From Lachnospiraceae bacterium (GTDB lineage: Bacteria > Bacillota > Clostridia > Lachnospirales > Lachnospiraceae): a stretch of 64,000 nucleotides of DNA. The position numbers and the translations under genes are program-made. Each line of letters starts with the position of its first letter. The first letter of the stretch is position 1. Below, one piece after another: positions 47,573-57,143 of the stretch. Below the pieces are notes generated by a model, which saw only the letters and a list, made by a program, of their open reading frames with translations, was not told the DNA's origin and did no database searches. The stretch spans positions 1,806 through 65,805 of the forward strand of contig JAJQIL010000072.1 of assembly GCA_021199235.1 (NCBI GenBank), given 5' to 3'.

Positions 47573-48934
47573 ATGGAGAAGCTTATGCGGAGAAAAATAT
47601 ACGATACATTACTCGAATGGAAACACCGTTCCGGACAGACCGCGCTGTTGATCGACGGAGCAAGGCGGGTCGGAAAGAGCTACATTGCCGAAAAGTTTGC
47701 CAGGGAGAATTATAAATCCTATATCCTGATTGATTTCAACCGCGCAAGCCGTCAGGTGCAGGAGCTGTTTGAAAATTATCTGGATGATCTGGACACATTT
47801 TTTCTGTATCTGTCAGGCTATTATAATGTACGTCTTTATCAGGGAGAGACGCTGATCATATTTGACGAGGTGCAGATGTTCCCGCGGGCGAGAGGAGCCA
47901 TCAAATATCTGGTAGCGGACGGCAGATATGCCTATCTGGAAACAGGTTCTCTTATGTCGATACGGAAAAACGTTCGGGACATTGTAATCCCTTCCGAGGA
48001 GGAACATGTCTATATGTATCCCATGGATTTTGAGGAATTTCTGTGGGCCATGGGAAATGAGACGCTGATGCCCCTGATTCGCTCCTGTTATGAGAAAAAG
48101 CGTCCGATGGGGCAGGCGATGCACCGGAAAGCGATGGATTATTTCCGGCAGTATCTGATTGTCGGCGGGATGCCGCAGGCAGTGGAAGCCTATCAGGATA
48201 AAAGGGATTTCACCGAAGTAGACCGCATAAAGAGAGGAATTCTCACACTTTATCGGGAAGACATCCGCAAGCATTCCGCCGGAAATGAGTTGGAGGTCGA
48301 GGCTATTTTTGATCTGATACCGGCGCAGCTGTCCCGGCATGAGAAAAAGTTCCGCCTGAAGGACATCCGATCGGGGGCGAGAACAAGGCAATACGAGCAG
48401 CCTTTCTTCTGGCTGGCAGATGCCATGATCGTAAATAACTGCTACAATTGTTCCGAGCCGAACGTCGGACTGAAAATGAATATGGATCGGAAAACCATGA
48501 AGTGTTATCTGGCCGACACAGGTCTGCTGATCAGCCACGCCTTTGACGAGAAGGGCATTGTTTCGGAGGAAATCTATCGAAAGCTGTTATTTGACAAGCT
48601 TACGGTCAATGAAGGCATGCTGATGGAAAACATCGTGGCGCAGATGCTGGTGGCTTCCGGGCACAAACTCTACTTTTTCTCAAAATGCTCGCGCACAGAT
48701 GCCAGCGCAAGGATGGAGATTGACTTTCTGATCGCAAAAAGCAGAATCACCAGTGCACATAACATTTCACCAATCGAAGTAAAATCCGGTGAGCGGTATA
48801 CGTTATCTTCTCTGAAAAAGTTCCGGATGAAGTATGGCGGGTATATGGATATGCCGGTCGTGCTGCACACGAAGGACTATAAGGAAGAAAACGGAATCCT
48901 GTATCTGCCGATTTATATGACTCCGCTGCTGTGA
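47573..48934 (+). CDS. AAA_14 ATPase + DUF4143 protein (paralogue of 35132)
   Basis: GARRVGKS, IFDEVQ, ETGS, GGMP, EIDF...PIEVKSG, YLPIYM. Confidence 0.88.
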   Translation: MEKLMRRKIYDTLLEWKHRSGQTALLIDGARRVGKSYIAEKFARENYKSYILIDFNRASRQVQELFENYLDDLDTFFLYLSGYYNVRLYQGETLIIFDEVQMFPRARGAIKYLVADGRYAYLETGSLMSIRKNVRDIVIPSEEEHVYMYPMDFEEFLWAMGNETLMPLIRSCYEKKRPMGQAMHRKAMDYFRQYLIVGGMPQAVEAYQDKRDFTEVDRIKRGILTLYREDIRKHSAGNELEVEAIFDLIPAQLSRHEKKFRLKDIRSGARTRQYEQPFFWLADAMIVNNCYNCSEPNVGLKMNMDRKTMKCYLADTGLLISHAFDEKGIVSEEIYRKLLFDKLTVNEGMLMENIVAQMLVASGHKLYFFSKCSRTDASARMEIDFLIAKSRITSAHNISPIEVKSGERYTLSSLKKFRMKYGGYMDMPVVLHTKDYKEENGILYLPIYMTPLL

Positions 48935-48995
48935 TGGGTAAAAGGGCGTCACTGCGATAGTCACGCATTTACCAACTTGCCCGGTCAATAAATCA

Positions 48996-50499
48996 ATGAC
49001 AAGACTGAAAAAATCTGTTACATTAAAGACCAGTACAACGGATGAACACAGCGGGGATGGCTCTTATAAGACGCATCTCAATCAGTATCATGTTATCTAT
49101 ATAGATATTATCTGGTTTATATCGCAGCTTCTCAGTCAGGGCAAAAGCATAGACCAGATCGTGCTGCTGATGCAGAGTCAGGTGATCGAAGAGCTTGCGA
49201 GTGATTATCCGCAGGTAAAAGGCGGGACAGACCTTCCGACTGCGCTTTTTCAGATCGCGGAGTCTACTGGGCGGCAGTTCGTTTTTCTGATTGATGAGTG
49301 GGATGCGATTTTTCGAGAAGCAGCTGATAATAGTCTTGTGAAAGAGCAGTATTTGAATCTGCTTCGGGGCTTATTCAAAAGTCCTGTGACCAGCAGGGCT
49401 ATTGCTGTGGCATATATGACTGGCATCCTTCCAATTAAAAAATATGGAAAACAGTCGGCCCTGACCGATGTTCTGGAGCTTACTATGGTCAATCCTGGGA
49501 ATCTGGCCTGTTATGTAGGCTTTACAGAAGATGAAGTGAAGGCTCTCTGTAAAGAACATGAGTTGAATTATGAGGATATGAAACGCTGGTATGATGGATA
49601 TTCGTTTGATGACAGCGGATCTGTCTATAATCCGAATTCTGTCATGGAGGCAATCTCCATGCGTAATTACGATACGTATTGGGCGAATACGGAAACATAT
49701 GAGTCTCTGAAATCTTATATAGAGGAAGACTTTGACGGAATTCAGAGTGCTCTGAAAAGTATGCTGAGCGGACAGGATGTTCCTGTCAATATACGGAAAT
49801 TTCAAAACGACATGAGCATTCTGAAAAACAGGGATGATGTTTTTACTTTGCTTATCCATCTGGGATACCTGGCATATGACAGGAATACAAAGATGGTACG
49901 CATTCCAAATGAGGAAATCCGACAGGAATTTATTACCGCTATCGAAGACAGTGAGAAACACGCAGAGCTCGCAAGACTGATTGTACGGTCCAGACAACTT
50001 CTAAAGGATACACTGGCAATGCGCGAGGATGCTGTGGCAGAAGCAATCGAGTCGGTACATCAGTCTTCGGCTGCACCTCTGTTTTACAAAAAGGAAAGCC
50101 GCGCAATATAAAATCGCTGCGCGATTGGCGCGGCCTTCGTCCATACTCGCTGCACGAGTACGGACATGTAATGAGCAGGCACTTCGAAGCGTGGTTCGCA
50201 CGGCATATATGGTTTGCATAGATGAGTATGCGGAAATTCAGGAGCTTCCTACCGGCCATGGATATGCAGATCTGGTTTATCTGCCCCGGGCAGGCTCGCC
50301 CTTACCGGTACTTCTGATTGAACTGAAATGGAATGAATCAGATGACGGTGCGATTGCACAGATTAAAGATCGTAAATATCCGAAACAGTTGGAAAACCTG
50401 CGGCATGATATTCTTCTGGTTGGGATTAATTATTCAGAAAAAGATCCGAATAAAAAGCATACCTGTAAAATAGAAAAGCAGACGATCCAAAACAGGTAA
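48996..50499 (+). pseudogene. AAA-ATPase-like/PD-(D/E)XK nuclease protein, N-truncated and frameshifted by an insertion
   Basis: FVFLIDEWDA, MTGILPI, GYADLVYLP...LIELKWN; Walker A absent; split at 50090. Confidence 0.85.
50093..50168 (+). mobile_element. Family-1 element copy C, inserted in a coding sequence
   Basis: Removing 50090-50168 (79 bp) restores PLFY-NNEQALRSVV. Confidence 0.88.
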
Positions 50500-50524
50500 A
50501 AGCAGACAGGCGAACAAGCTCTCT

Positions 50525-50740
50525 CTAATCGACTTGCTCGCCTGTTTTTCTATTCGAGACAGTTTCAATAACTGAGTCGAGCAGAAGCTCCTTTTGAGCA
50601 GCAGGACAATCCAGATTCTTTATATACTGGCTGACGGTTTCCGCGTGGATGCCGGCGACACGCTCTGCCAGTCCTTTTTTTCCGGCTTTTGTTTTGGGAT
50701 AATGAACAATCACATGGATTTCAGCACTTTTTCTTGCCAT
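50525..50740 (-). CDS. Small hypothetical protein of the type seen in Lachnospiraceae mobilisable elements
   Basis: MARKSAEIHVIVHYPKT...LAERVAGIHAE; resemblance recalled, not searched. Confidence 0.55.
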   Translation of the reverse strand: MARKSAEIHVIVHYPKTKAGKKGLAERVAGIHAETVSQYIKNLDCPAAQKELLLDSVIETVSNRKTGEQVD

Positions 50741-50841
50741 AACAGGCACCCCCTGGTATTTCAGTTTATGTAAAAGAAGTTGTCCGCTATTACCTTGAAA
50801 TATAGTGCGGTTTGTGTTTCAAAATCTGAATGACCGGTGCT

Positions 50842-50968
50842 ATAATCCTCAATACTCTTACAGGAATGCATTTTGACGACCGTAACCAGTTTATTGACAG
50901 TCTGAACCGATACAGCCTTCTGATTATTGACGACCTTGGTGCGGAACGGGATTCTGAGTTTTCCAAAA
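50842..50968 (+). pseudogene. Fragment of an IstB/DnaC-like ATPase
   Basis: ILNTLTGMHFDDRNQFIDSLNRYSLLIIDDLGAERDSEF (Walker B LLIIDDLG). Confidence 0.75.
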
Positions 50969-50992
50969 GTCATGCGCGATAATATTGATCAG

Positions 50993-51027
50993 TTTTGCTA
51001 AGTGGTCATTTTGACCACTTAGCAAAA
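50993..51027. repeat. Perfect 16-bp inverted repeat (family-3 core GGTCA-N3-TGACC)
   Basis: TTTTGCTAAGTGGTCA-TTT-TGACCACTTAGCAAAA. Confidence 0.9.
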
Positions 51028-51030
51028 AAT

Positions 51031-51048
51031 GTTTACAATTTGGTTACA
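51031..51048 (+). promoter_or_regulatory. Putative OmpR-family binding box
   Basis: GTTTACAATTTGGTTACA, identical at 54523; TTACA repeated with 11-bp period. Confidence 0.7.
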
Positions 51049-51138
51049 TCGCATCCATTGAAAAACAGGCTTGTACATATTAATATATAGGAAAACTATT
51101 TCAATATCTGATCATCAGAGGAAGTGTGTTGTGTGAAT

Positions 51139-51891
51139 ATGAAAGAAAGAATATTGGTCATTGAGGACTCTGCGGCGATCAATGAACTGATTTGTATTAA
51201 CCTGGAGACGGCGGGGTATGAGCCGATGTCATTTTGGGACGGCGATGCAGTCAGTGCGTGGCTTCGTGATGAGAAACGTCAATGGATATCATACCAAAGT
51301 AAAAATAATATTGTCAGGGGAAACAACTGCCTCGATATGGATGCCCCCGTTGGTCCGGTCATTCCGGCCGCCGATCTGGCACTTCTTGATGTAATGCTTC
51401 CGGGAAAAGACGGTTTTTCGCTGCTGCCGGAGCTGCGCGTGTTGGAAATTCCGGTAATTTTTCTGACGGCAAGGGACGACCTGAACAGCAAGATTCATGG
51501 CTTAAAAGATGGGGCAGAGGATTATATCGTTAAGCCGTTTGAAATGTTGGAACTGCTTGTGCGTGTGGAGAAAGTGCTGGCGCGTTACCGAAAGGAATCA
51601 GAAGTCTTTGTGGTGCGGGATGTCGTAATTTTTCCGGAGGAACGGCGGGTGACAAAGGCAGGAAAGGAGATTCCTTTGAAACCTATGGAATTTGATTGTC
51701 TGCTGCAGCTGGTGAAATATAAAAATATTGCCCTCAGTCGCGAGCAACTGATCAATACGCTGTGGGGTGTGGATTTTGATGGTGAGACACGCACCATTGA
51801 TGTACACATTGCGAGACTGCGGAAAAAACTGGATTTTCAGGATGTCATCCAGACTGTGCCTCGCATTGGCTATCGGATTACATGTCCATGA
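51139..51891 (+). CDS. OmpR/PhoB-family response regulator
   Basis: LVIED, LLDVMLP, FLTA, DYIVKPF, RTIDVHIARLRKK. Confidence 0.93.
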   Translation: MKERILVIEDSAAINELICINLETAGYEPMSFWDGDAVSAWLRDEKRQWISYQSKNNIVRGNNCLDMDAPVGPVIPAADLALLDVMLPGKDGFSLLPELRVLEIPVIFLTARDDLNSKIHGLKDGAEDYIVKPFEMLELLVRVEKVLARYRKESEVFVVRDVVIFPEERRVTKAGKEIPLKPMEFDCLLQLVKYKNIALSREQLINTLWGVDFDGETRTIDVHIARLRKKLDFQDVIQTVPRIGYRITCP

Positions 51892-51962
51892 TTTGTGAAG
51901 CAAATCATGGACGAAGGCCGAGCCATCGAGCGAAGCTCGATTTTATAATGGCGAGGCTCTCC
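51881..51962 (-). mobile_element. Family-1 element copy D (supplies the response-regulator stop codon)
   Basis: Near-exact reverse complement of 57909-57989. Confidence 0.88.
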
Positions 51963-51992
51963 ACATATGTCCATGAGTGAGGAGGCTGAGGC

Positions 51993-53438
51993 ATGAGAAC
52001 GAAAATATCAGTCGTGTCAGCCCTGTTGCTTCTGATGTTATCTCAGATTTTTTCCATCTGGAACCTGTATGAAACACAGATGCGGATGATTGGTGTTGTG
52101 CTCGGAGATGAACAGACGGGACTTTCTTCTGACATGAGTTCTTTTTCGAAACAGATTTCAAAACTTGGCATTACAGATGAGCGGTGGATACCGGCTGCGG
52201 CGCGGTCTGTTTTCCTGAGTTCTTACAGTACGGATGCTGTACTTTATTATGATGGCGAAGTGCTTGTGAACAGTACATCCTATGAATTTGATCTGGAAGC
52301 GGGGACTCCCCTTGATGAGAAATATCAGAAATACGCGCTTATCAGTGCGTACAGTTCGAATGACAACATTGCTGCTTATCTTGCCAAAATAAACAGGAGC
52401 ATCCTTTTGATTACTTATATAGAGGAACCTTCTTATGGCTCAGGAAATGGATTCGCTCTTTTGCATTATCGGGATGTTACGGTTATCTTTCGGGAAAGCA
52501 GACTTCTTTTTCTGCGCGGAATTATTATTTCGCTGGCTCTTGCGTTGATTCTTGGCCTTGCGTTGACGCTGATCATACGCAGACTTTTTGTGCCGTTATA
52601 TCAGCTGAAGGATACAGCAAATGTCATTGCGGACGGGCAGTATGAGGAACGTGTTCCGTTGAAGAGAAGAACAGGAAAAAAGGAAGATGAAGTCACGGAA
52701 ATCGCACTCGCTTTCAACCGCATGGCAGAGAACGTTGACGAACATATCAGGACACTGGATGAAATGAATGAGAAGCAACGAATGCTGCTCGGCGCGCTTT
52801 CCCATGAACTGAAAACACCGATGACCAGCATTCAGGGTTATGCGGAGCTGTTACAGCGTGTTCAGCTTTCTCCGGAGCGGCAGGCGTCTGCACTGAACTA
52901 CATCGAGCAGGAAAGCCGGAGGCTTTCACGCCTGTCCGTTAAAATGCTTCATCTACTAGACCTGTCGGATGAGTCCGATATCGAATCGAAGGACATTTCC
53001 GTTGAAACGCTTTTCTCGAAAACAAAAGATATCGTTCAGAAAAGACTGGAGGAAAAAGAGATTTCGCTGCAGCTTATAGTAGATTCTGACCTGATAGTTA
53101 CCGGAGACGAGGATTTATTACTCTCTCTATTGACCAATCTGATTGATAACGCCAGGAAAGCCAGCCCGCAGGGCAGCACCATTACTCTGAGCGCTTATTC
53201 GGAAGGACTATATGTTCAGGATGAGGGCTGCGGTATCGCACCGGAGGAGCAGAAAAAGATTCTGGAACCATTTTATATGGTAGATAAAGCCAGAACACGC
53301 CAGGAAGGCGGTGCTGGTCTGGGTCTTGCCTTATGTGCGCAGATTGCCAGACTGCATGGAGGAAGAATTGAAATAGAAAGTATTCCTGGGAAAGGCAGCC
53401 GGATAGGGGTGAAGTGGAATGTTTTTCAAACGAAGTGA
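51993..53438 (+). CDS. HAMP-domain sensor histidine kinase
   Basis: Two TMs; SHELKTPMTSI; NLIDNA; DEGCGI; GLGLAL. Confidence 0.93.
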   Translation: MRTKISVVSALLLLMLSQIFSIWNLYETQMRMIGVVLGDEQTGLSSDMSSFSKQISKLGITDERWIPAAARSVFLSSYSTDAVLYYDGEVLVNSTSYEFDLEAGTPLDEKYQKYALISAYSSNDNIAAYLAKINRSILLITYIEEPSYGSGNGFALLHYRDVTVIFRESRLLFLRGIIISLALALILGLALTLIIRRLFVPLYQLKDTANVIADGQYEERVPLKRRTGKKEDEVTEIALAFNRMAENVDEHIRTLDEMNEKQRMLLGALSHELKTPMTSIQGYAELLQRVQLSPERQASALNYIEQESRRLSRLSVKMLHLLDLSDESDIESKDISVETLFSKTKDIVQKRLEEKEISLQLIVDSDLIVTGDEDLLLSLLTNLIDNARKASPQGSTITLSAYSEGLYVQDEGCGIAPEEQKKILEPFYMVDKARTRQEGGAGLGLALCAQIARLHGGRIEIESIPGKGSRIGVKWNVFQTK

Positions 53439-54432
53439 GAGGAAGGGGTTAAACTTTAGAGGGAAGGCTCACCAGAACATGTCCCGATTCGTGCAACGAA
53501 TCGAGGACGCAGGCCGAGCCATCAAGCGAAGCTTGATTTTACATGGCGAGGCTCACCAGATTCTCTCAGTCACACGTTGTTGCTTCCTTGGTTTTTTTCA
53601 AAACCCGAGGACAATCATACTTTTCCTTTTTGGCGTAGTGCTCTGCTTTTTGCTGAGCAGCCGTGTCACAGAGGTGGCTGAATATTACGGGACGACAATG
53701 CAGGCAGCGGAGCCATTTATCTGGACATTCGGTGATTCTACTGCAATCTTGATGATTTCACTGCTTCTGATCTTTCTGTTTTCTGACCTGCCGAAGCTGA
53801 CACCATTTACACCGTTTCACCTGATGCGGACGACGAAAAGCCGCTGGCTGATAGCTCAGCTGCTCTATATCATACTCTGCACAGCGTTGTACATTCTCTT
53901 TATCCTGGTTGTCACAGTCGTGCTCTGTATGAAATATTCCTACACAGGAGATCTGTGGAGCGAGACGGCGGTCATCCTTGGCTATTCTTCTTTAGGCGAT
54001 CAGCTGAATGTTCCATCTACGGTCAAGGTAATGGAGAGCATTACCCCCATCGGCTGTATGGCACAAGTTGCGCTGCTGATGTTTGCTTACAGCCTGACAC
54101 TTGGATTTCTGATTCTGCCGGGTAATTTGCTGTTCGGGAAAAAGACCGGGATGTTTTTTGCCTTGCTCTACAGCCTGTACGGATTTCTGCTCGACCCGGA
54201 TGTGCTCGGGAAAATACTGGGGCTTGAGACTTATGAACTCTATCGTGTCCGCAGTATTGTCGGCTGGATCAGTCCGCTGAATAATGCGGTCTATGGGATG
54301 CATGATTTCGGATATGACAACCTGCCGTCCATCGCACAGTCTCTGTTGATCTTTGGAGGAATCTTGACAGTTGGAATTTTCATTTCCTGGCGGGCAGTGA
54401 AAAAATACAATTTCACGTTTCTGGGGACGTGA
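53419..54432 (+). CDS. ABC transporter permease-like membrane protein
   Basis: About six TMs; in operon with an ABC ATPase; carries a 28-aa repeat-derived insert. Confidence 0.7.
   Translation: MFFKRSERKGLNFRGKAHQNMSRFVQRIEDAGRAIKRSLILHGEAHQILSVTRCCFLGFFQNPRTIILFLFGVVLCFLLSSRVTEVAEYYGTTMQAAEPFIWTFGDSTAILMISLLLIFLFSDLPKLTPFTPFHLMRTTKSRWLIAQLLYIILCTALYILFILVVTVVLCMKYSYTGDLWSETAVILGYSSLGDQLNVPSTVKVMESITPIGCMAQVALLMFAYSLTLGFLILPGNLLFGKKTGMFFALLYSLYGFLLDPDVLGKILGLETYELYRVRSIVGWISPLNNAVYGMHDFGYDNLPSIAQSLLIFGGILTVGIFISWRAVKKYNFTFLGT
53465..53560 (-). mobile_element. Family-1 element copy E: in-frame 84-bp insertion with 12-bp direct repeats
   Basis: AGGCTCACCAGA at 53465-53476 and 53549-53560. Confidence 0.88.
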
Positions 54433-54438
54433 AGAATG

Positions 54439-54465
54439 GTAACTGTGAAGGTATTGAACAGTTAC
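54439..54465. repeat. Family-2 REP-like palindrome
   Basis: GTAACTGTGAAGGTATTGAACAGTTAC flanked by GAATG/GAATG. Confidence 0.85.
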
Positions 54466-54522
54466 GAATGGCTTATTTTGGAATAGCAGATTACAGACTT
54501 ATGTTCTGCACTGTAGTAAAAC

Positions 54523-54560
54523 GTTTACAATTTGGTTACAACCTGGCAAGGACCTGGCAA
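54523..54560 (+). promoter_or_regulatory. Second copy of the putative OmpR box, followed by ACCTGGCAA x2
   Basis: GTTTACAATTTGGTTACA; ACCTGGCAA at 54541 and 54552 (11-bp period). Confidence 0.7.
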
Positions 54561-54633
54561 CATCTTTCCTGATATACTGTGATCGTAAGAAGAAAACGTA
54601 AGGCAGTTACTGCTGCATTGAAAGGGGAGCATT

Positions 54634-56283
54634 ATGAAAAATAGAAGACGTTACCTTGCCCTGTTGCTTAGCGCAATGTTGTTATCGGGCTGCGCTGCCA
54701 CACCGGATAGCAGCATTGTGCGGCAGAAGGGAAGCCAGAGTCAGGATAATTACCGTGAGGCGGATGACGGTTCATCTGAAGAGACGGGTGAGACGCAGAA
54801 TGTTTCTGGAGTTGAAGTATCGTTAGAGGATGAACCGGACACAGGAAGCTTTGACCAGGAAGATACCGTTAGCGGTAATGCTGAAAATGTCCTCGCCACC
54901 CGCCTTGGCGTGCCGGACACCTACACCGCGACAGCCTCCACATCCGACGGAAGCTTCACTATGACCAGTAACAACGCTATGGTTGAGGTGCCGGATGTTT
55001 CACAGGTGCCGGTCTACCCGGTTGCTCAGATGGAATTCACTCAGGAATTTATTGACCTGATAACAGAAGCTTTTTTCGGAGAAGGCCCGGTTTACGATTA
55101 TGCTTATTACTATCAAACGACAAAGGCGGAGGCGTTGGAGAAGTTAAATGAGCTGAAAAAGTATCAGGCGGAGGGAAATACAGACCCATATGGCTATATC
55201 GAAGCCGCGAGAGAAAACGGTGTATTTGAGGATGGGTCGGTTACGGAGAGCGATATTTACAATCTTCAGGAAGAGATTGATGAGTGGGAGCAGGTTTACG
55301 CAGAGGCGCCGGAGACAGTGGAAAAGGTGGAAGTTACGCCTGGCTTTGGTGTAACTTCTTACGAGGATGAGAATGGAAACCCGGTGTACTACGATGATTA
55401 TTTTTTCGGAGTTGTGGAAAGGGAGGATGGACTTTTTTCCTATATTTTGAAAAATTCCTCCTCGACGCCGATGTCGATTCGGATTTCCCGTTATGCCGAT
55501 AAGGAAGAGATAACAGAGGATGTCAGCTGGGAGGAAACATACTATGATTCAGAGACGTTTGCTTCCAATGCTTATCGTCCAACGCAGGAGAAGTGTGAGG
55601 AACTGGCGGGAATTACGGTAGAGGAAGCAATCGCAGTTACAGACACGTATATGGAGCAACTGGGGCTGTCGGACGAATTCTCTGTGGGTTTCACGACGCA
55701 TGCATGGAAGAATCTGGAGAGCAGTGGCTTTACATCAGATACGTACACTTCAAGCTGCATCGACGGCGGCTGGTACATCGTCTATACACGGACACTGGAC
55801 GGAATCCCTGTTACCTACGAGATGAATGAAGGCGGTGGACTGGAATCCATGGAAAGCACGACGGAGCCGTGGTGCTATGAATTTGTGACATTTATTGTAA
55901 ACGCGGATGGTCTGCAGGAAGCAGAGATTCAGAACCTGTATGAGGTCGGGGAAAAGAAGTACGAGAATGTGGATTTGCTTTCTTTTTCCGAGATAGCGGA
56001 AATATTTGAGCAGATAATTGTGATTCAGAATACAGACAGCTACGAGGATTCCGCAAGTCTGGAAATTACAGAAGTCACTCTTGGATATATGCGCATCTAT
56101 GATCCGGGCGCGGACAGCCGCAGCGGAACACTCGTGCCGGTGTGGGATTTCTTTGGGAGTGAGGAAGTACACAGCACATACGATGGGGTGGAATACACGA
56201 ATTACATTGACTATCCCGGCAACAGCTTTCTGACGATCAATGCGGCGGACGGCACGATCATCGACCGCAGTCTGGGGTATTAG
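54634..56283 (+). CDS. Acidic lipoprotein (DUF6034-like by recollection)
   Basis: Lipobox LLSGC; very D/E-rich; C-terminal LVPVWDFFG...INAADGTIIDR. Confidence 0.7.
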   Translation: MKNRRRYLALLLSAMLLSGCAATPDSSIVRQKGSQSQDNYREADDGSSEETGETQNVSGVEVSLEDEPDTGSFDQEDTVSGNAENVLATRLGVPDTYTATASTSDGSFTMTSNNAMVEVPDVSQVPVYPVAQMEFTQEFIDLITEAFFGEGPVYDYAYYYQTTKAEALEKLNELKKYQAEGNTDPYGYIEAARENGVFEDGSVTESDIYNLQEEIDEWEQVYAEAPETVEKVEVTPGFGVTSYEDENGNPVYYDDYFFGVVEREDGLFSYILKNSSSTPMSIRISRYADKEEITEDVSWEETYYDSETFASNAYRPTQEKCEELAGITVEEAIAVTDTYMEQLGLSDEFSVGFTTHAWKNLESSGFTSDTYTSSCIDGGWYIVYTRTLDGIPVTYEMNEGGGLESMESTTEPWCYEFVTFIVNADGLQEAEIQNLYEVGEKKYENVDLLSFSEIAEIFEQIIVIQNTDSYEDSASLEITEVTLGYMRIYDPGADSRSGTLVPVWDFFGSEEVHSTYDGVEYTNYIDYPGNSFLTINAADGTIIDRSLGY

Positions 56284-56290
56284 TATTATA

Positions 56291-56370
56291 GGATGCCACC
56301 CGGCGAGGGCAAGTCGCACCGCATTTGAAAAACGCTTCGCGTTTGGGCGGCGCTCACGAATCGGGATATG
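56291..56370 (+). repeat. Divergent family-1 element copy F
   Basis: Shares GGATGCC and ACCCGGCGAGGG with the insert in copy B; AAACGC-TTC-GCGTTT hairpin; ends CACGAATCGGGATATG-TAA like copy E. Confidence 0.65.
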
Positions 56371-56403
56371 TAAGGCATGGCTAAGGAAAAATGAGGCACT
56401 AAG

Positions 56404-57133
56404 ATGGATTTTACCAGAATGCTGCATGAGAAAAAATTCTATCTGGCGGTGCTGCTTTCCGTGGCGGCTATCATAGCCGGAACCGTCTGGCCGGAGTCAA
56501 AAAAAGATTCGCCTCTGGCTTGCGGTACCTTTTTGGAACTGCTGAACAGTTCCCTGCAGTCTCAGATCGTGCTTTTTATTTTGCCGCTCGCTGCCGTCCT
56601 GCCCTGCGGAGAGGAGTATCTGCGGGAAAAGGATTCCCGTTTTCTGCGCTTTCTGATTATTCGTCGGAGCAAAGTGGTTTACTGCCTGGACAAGGTGGTG
56701 ACGACCGCGCTTTCCGGAGCGATTATCTGGCTTTTGGGGGCATTTTTCGCGGGGCTTTTCTTTTTTTTGCTTTTTTTTCGGCCGCGAAGCACTCTGGAAC
56801 TGGCCGATGAGTACGATTTTTACTTTGCTTGCCACGCTGGGACGCATCCTGCTATCGGCTTCGTCACTCGCCAGCCTTTCCGCAGTCGCCGGTGTGCTCG
56901 GTGGAAGCGTATATCTGGCGTTCGGCGTCCCATTCCTTTTGTGGTACGCCTGCATCATCCTGCGGGAACGCTATTTCGAAACGCTTTACTGCATTGACCC
57001 AACAGAATGGATCACGGCAGAAAACAACTGGGGAAATAATCAGACGGAACTCTGGATTTTGCTGCTTTTACTTGCGTTATTCTGTGCGGCGCTGCACTGG
57101 ATCTTTCTGGACTGGAAACTGAGAGAGATATAA
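56404..57133 (+). pseudogene. ABC permease-like membrane protein, frameshifted in a T8 tract
   Basis: Removing one T from 56771-56778 joins ORF 56404 to ORF 56807 (LFFGREALWNWPMSTIF). Confidence 0.8.
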
Positions 57134-57143
57134 AAGCGAAAAT

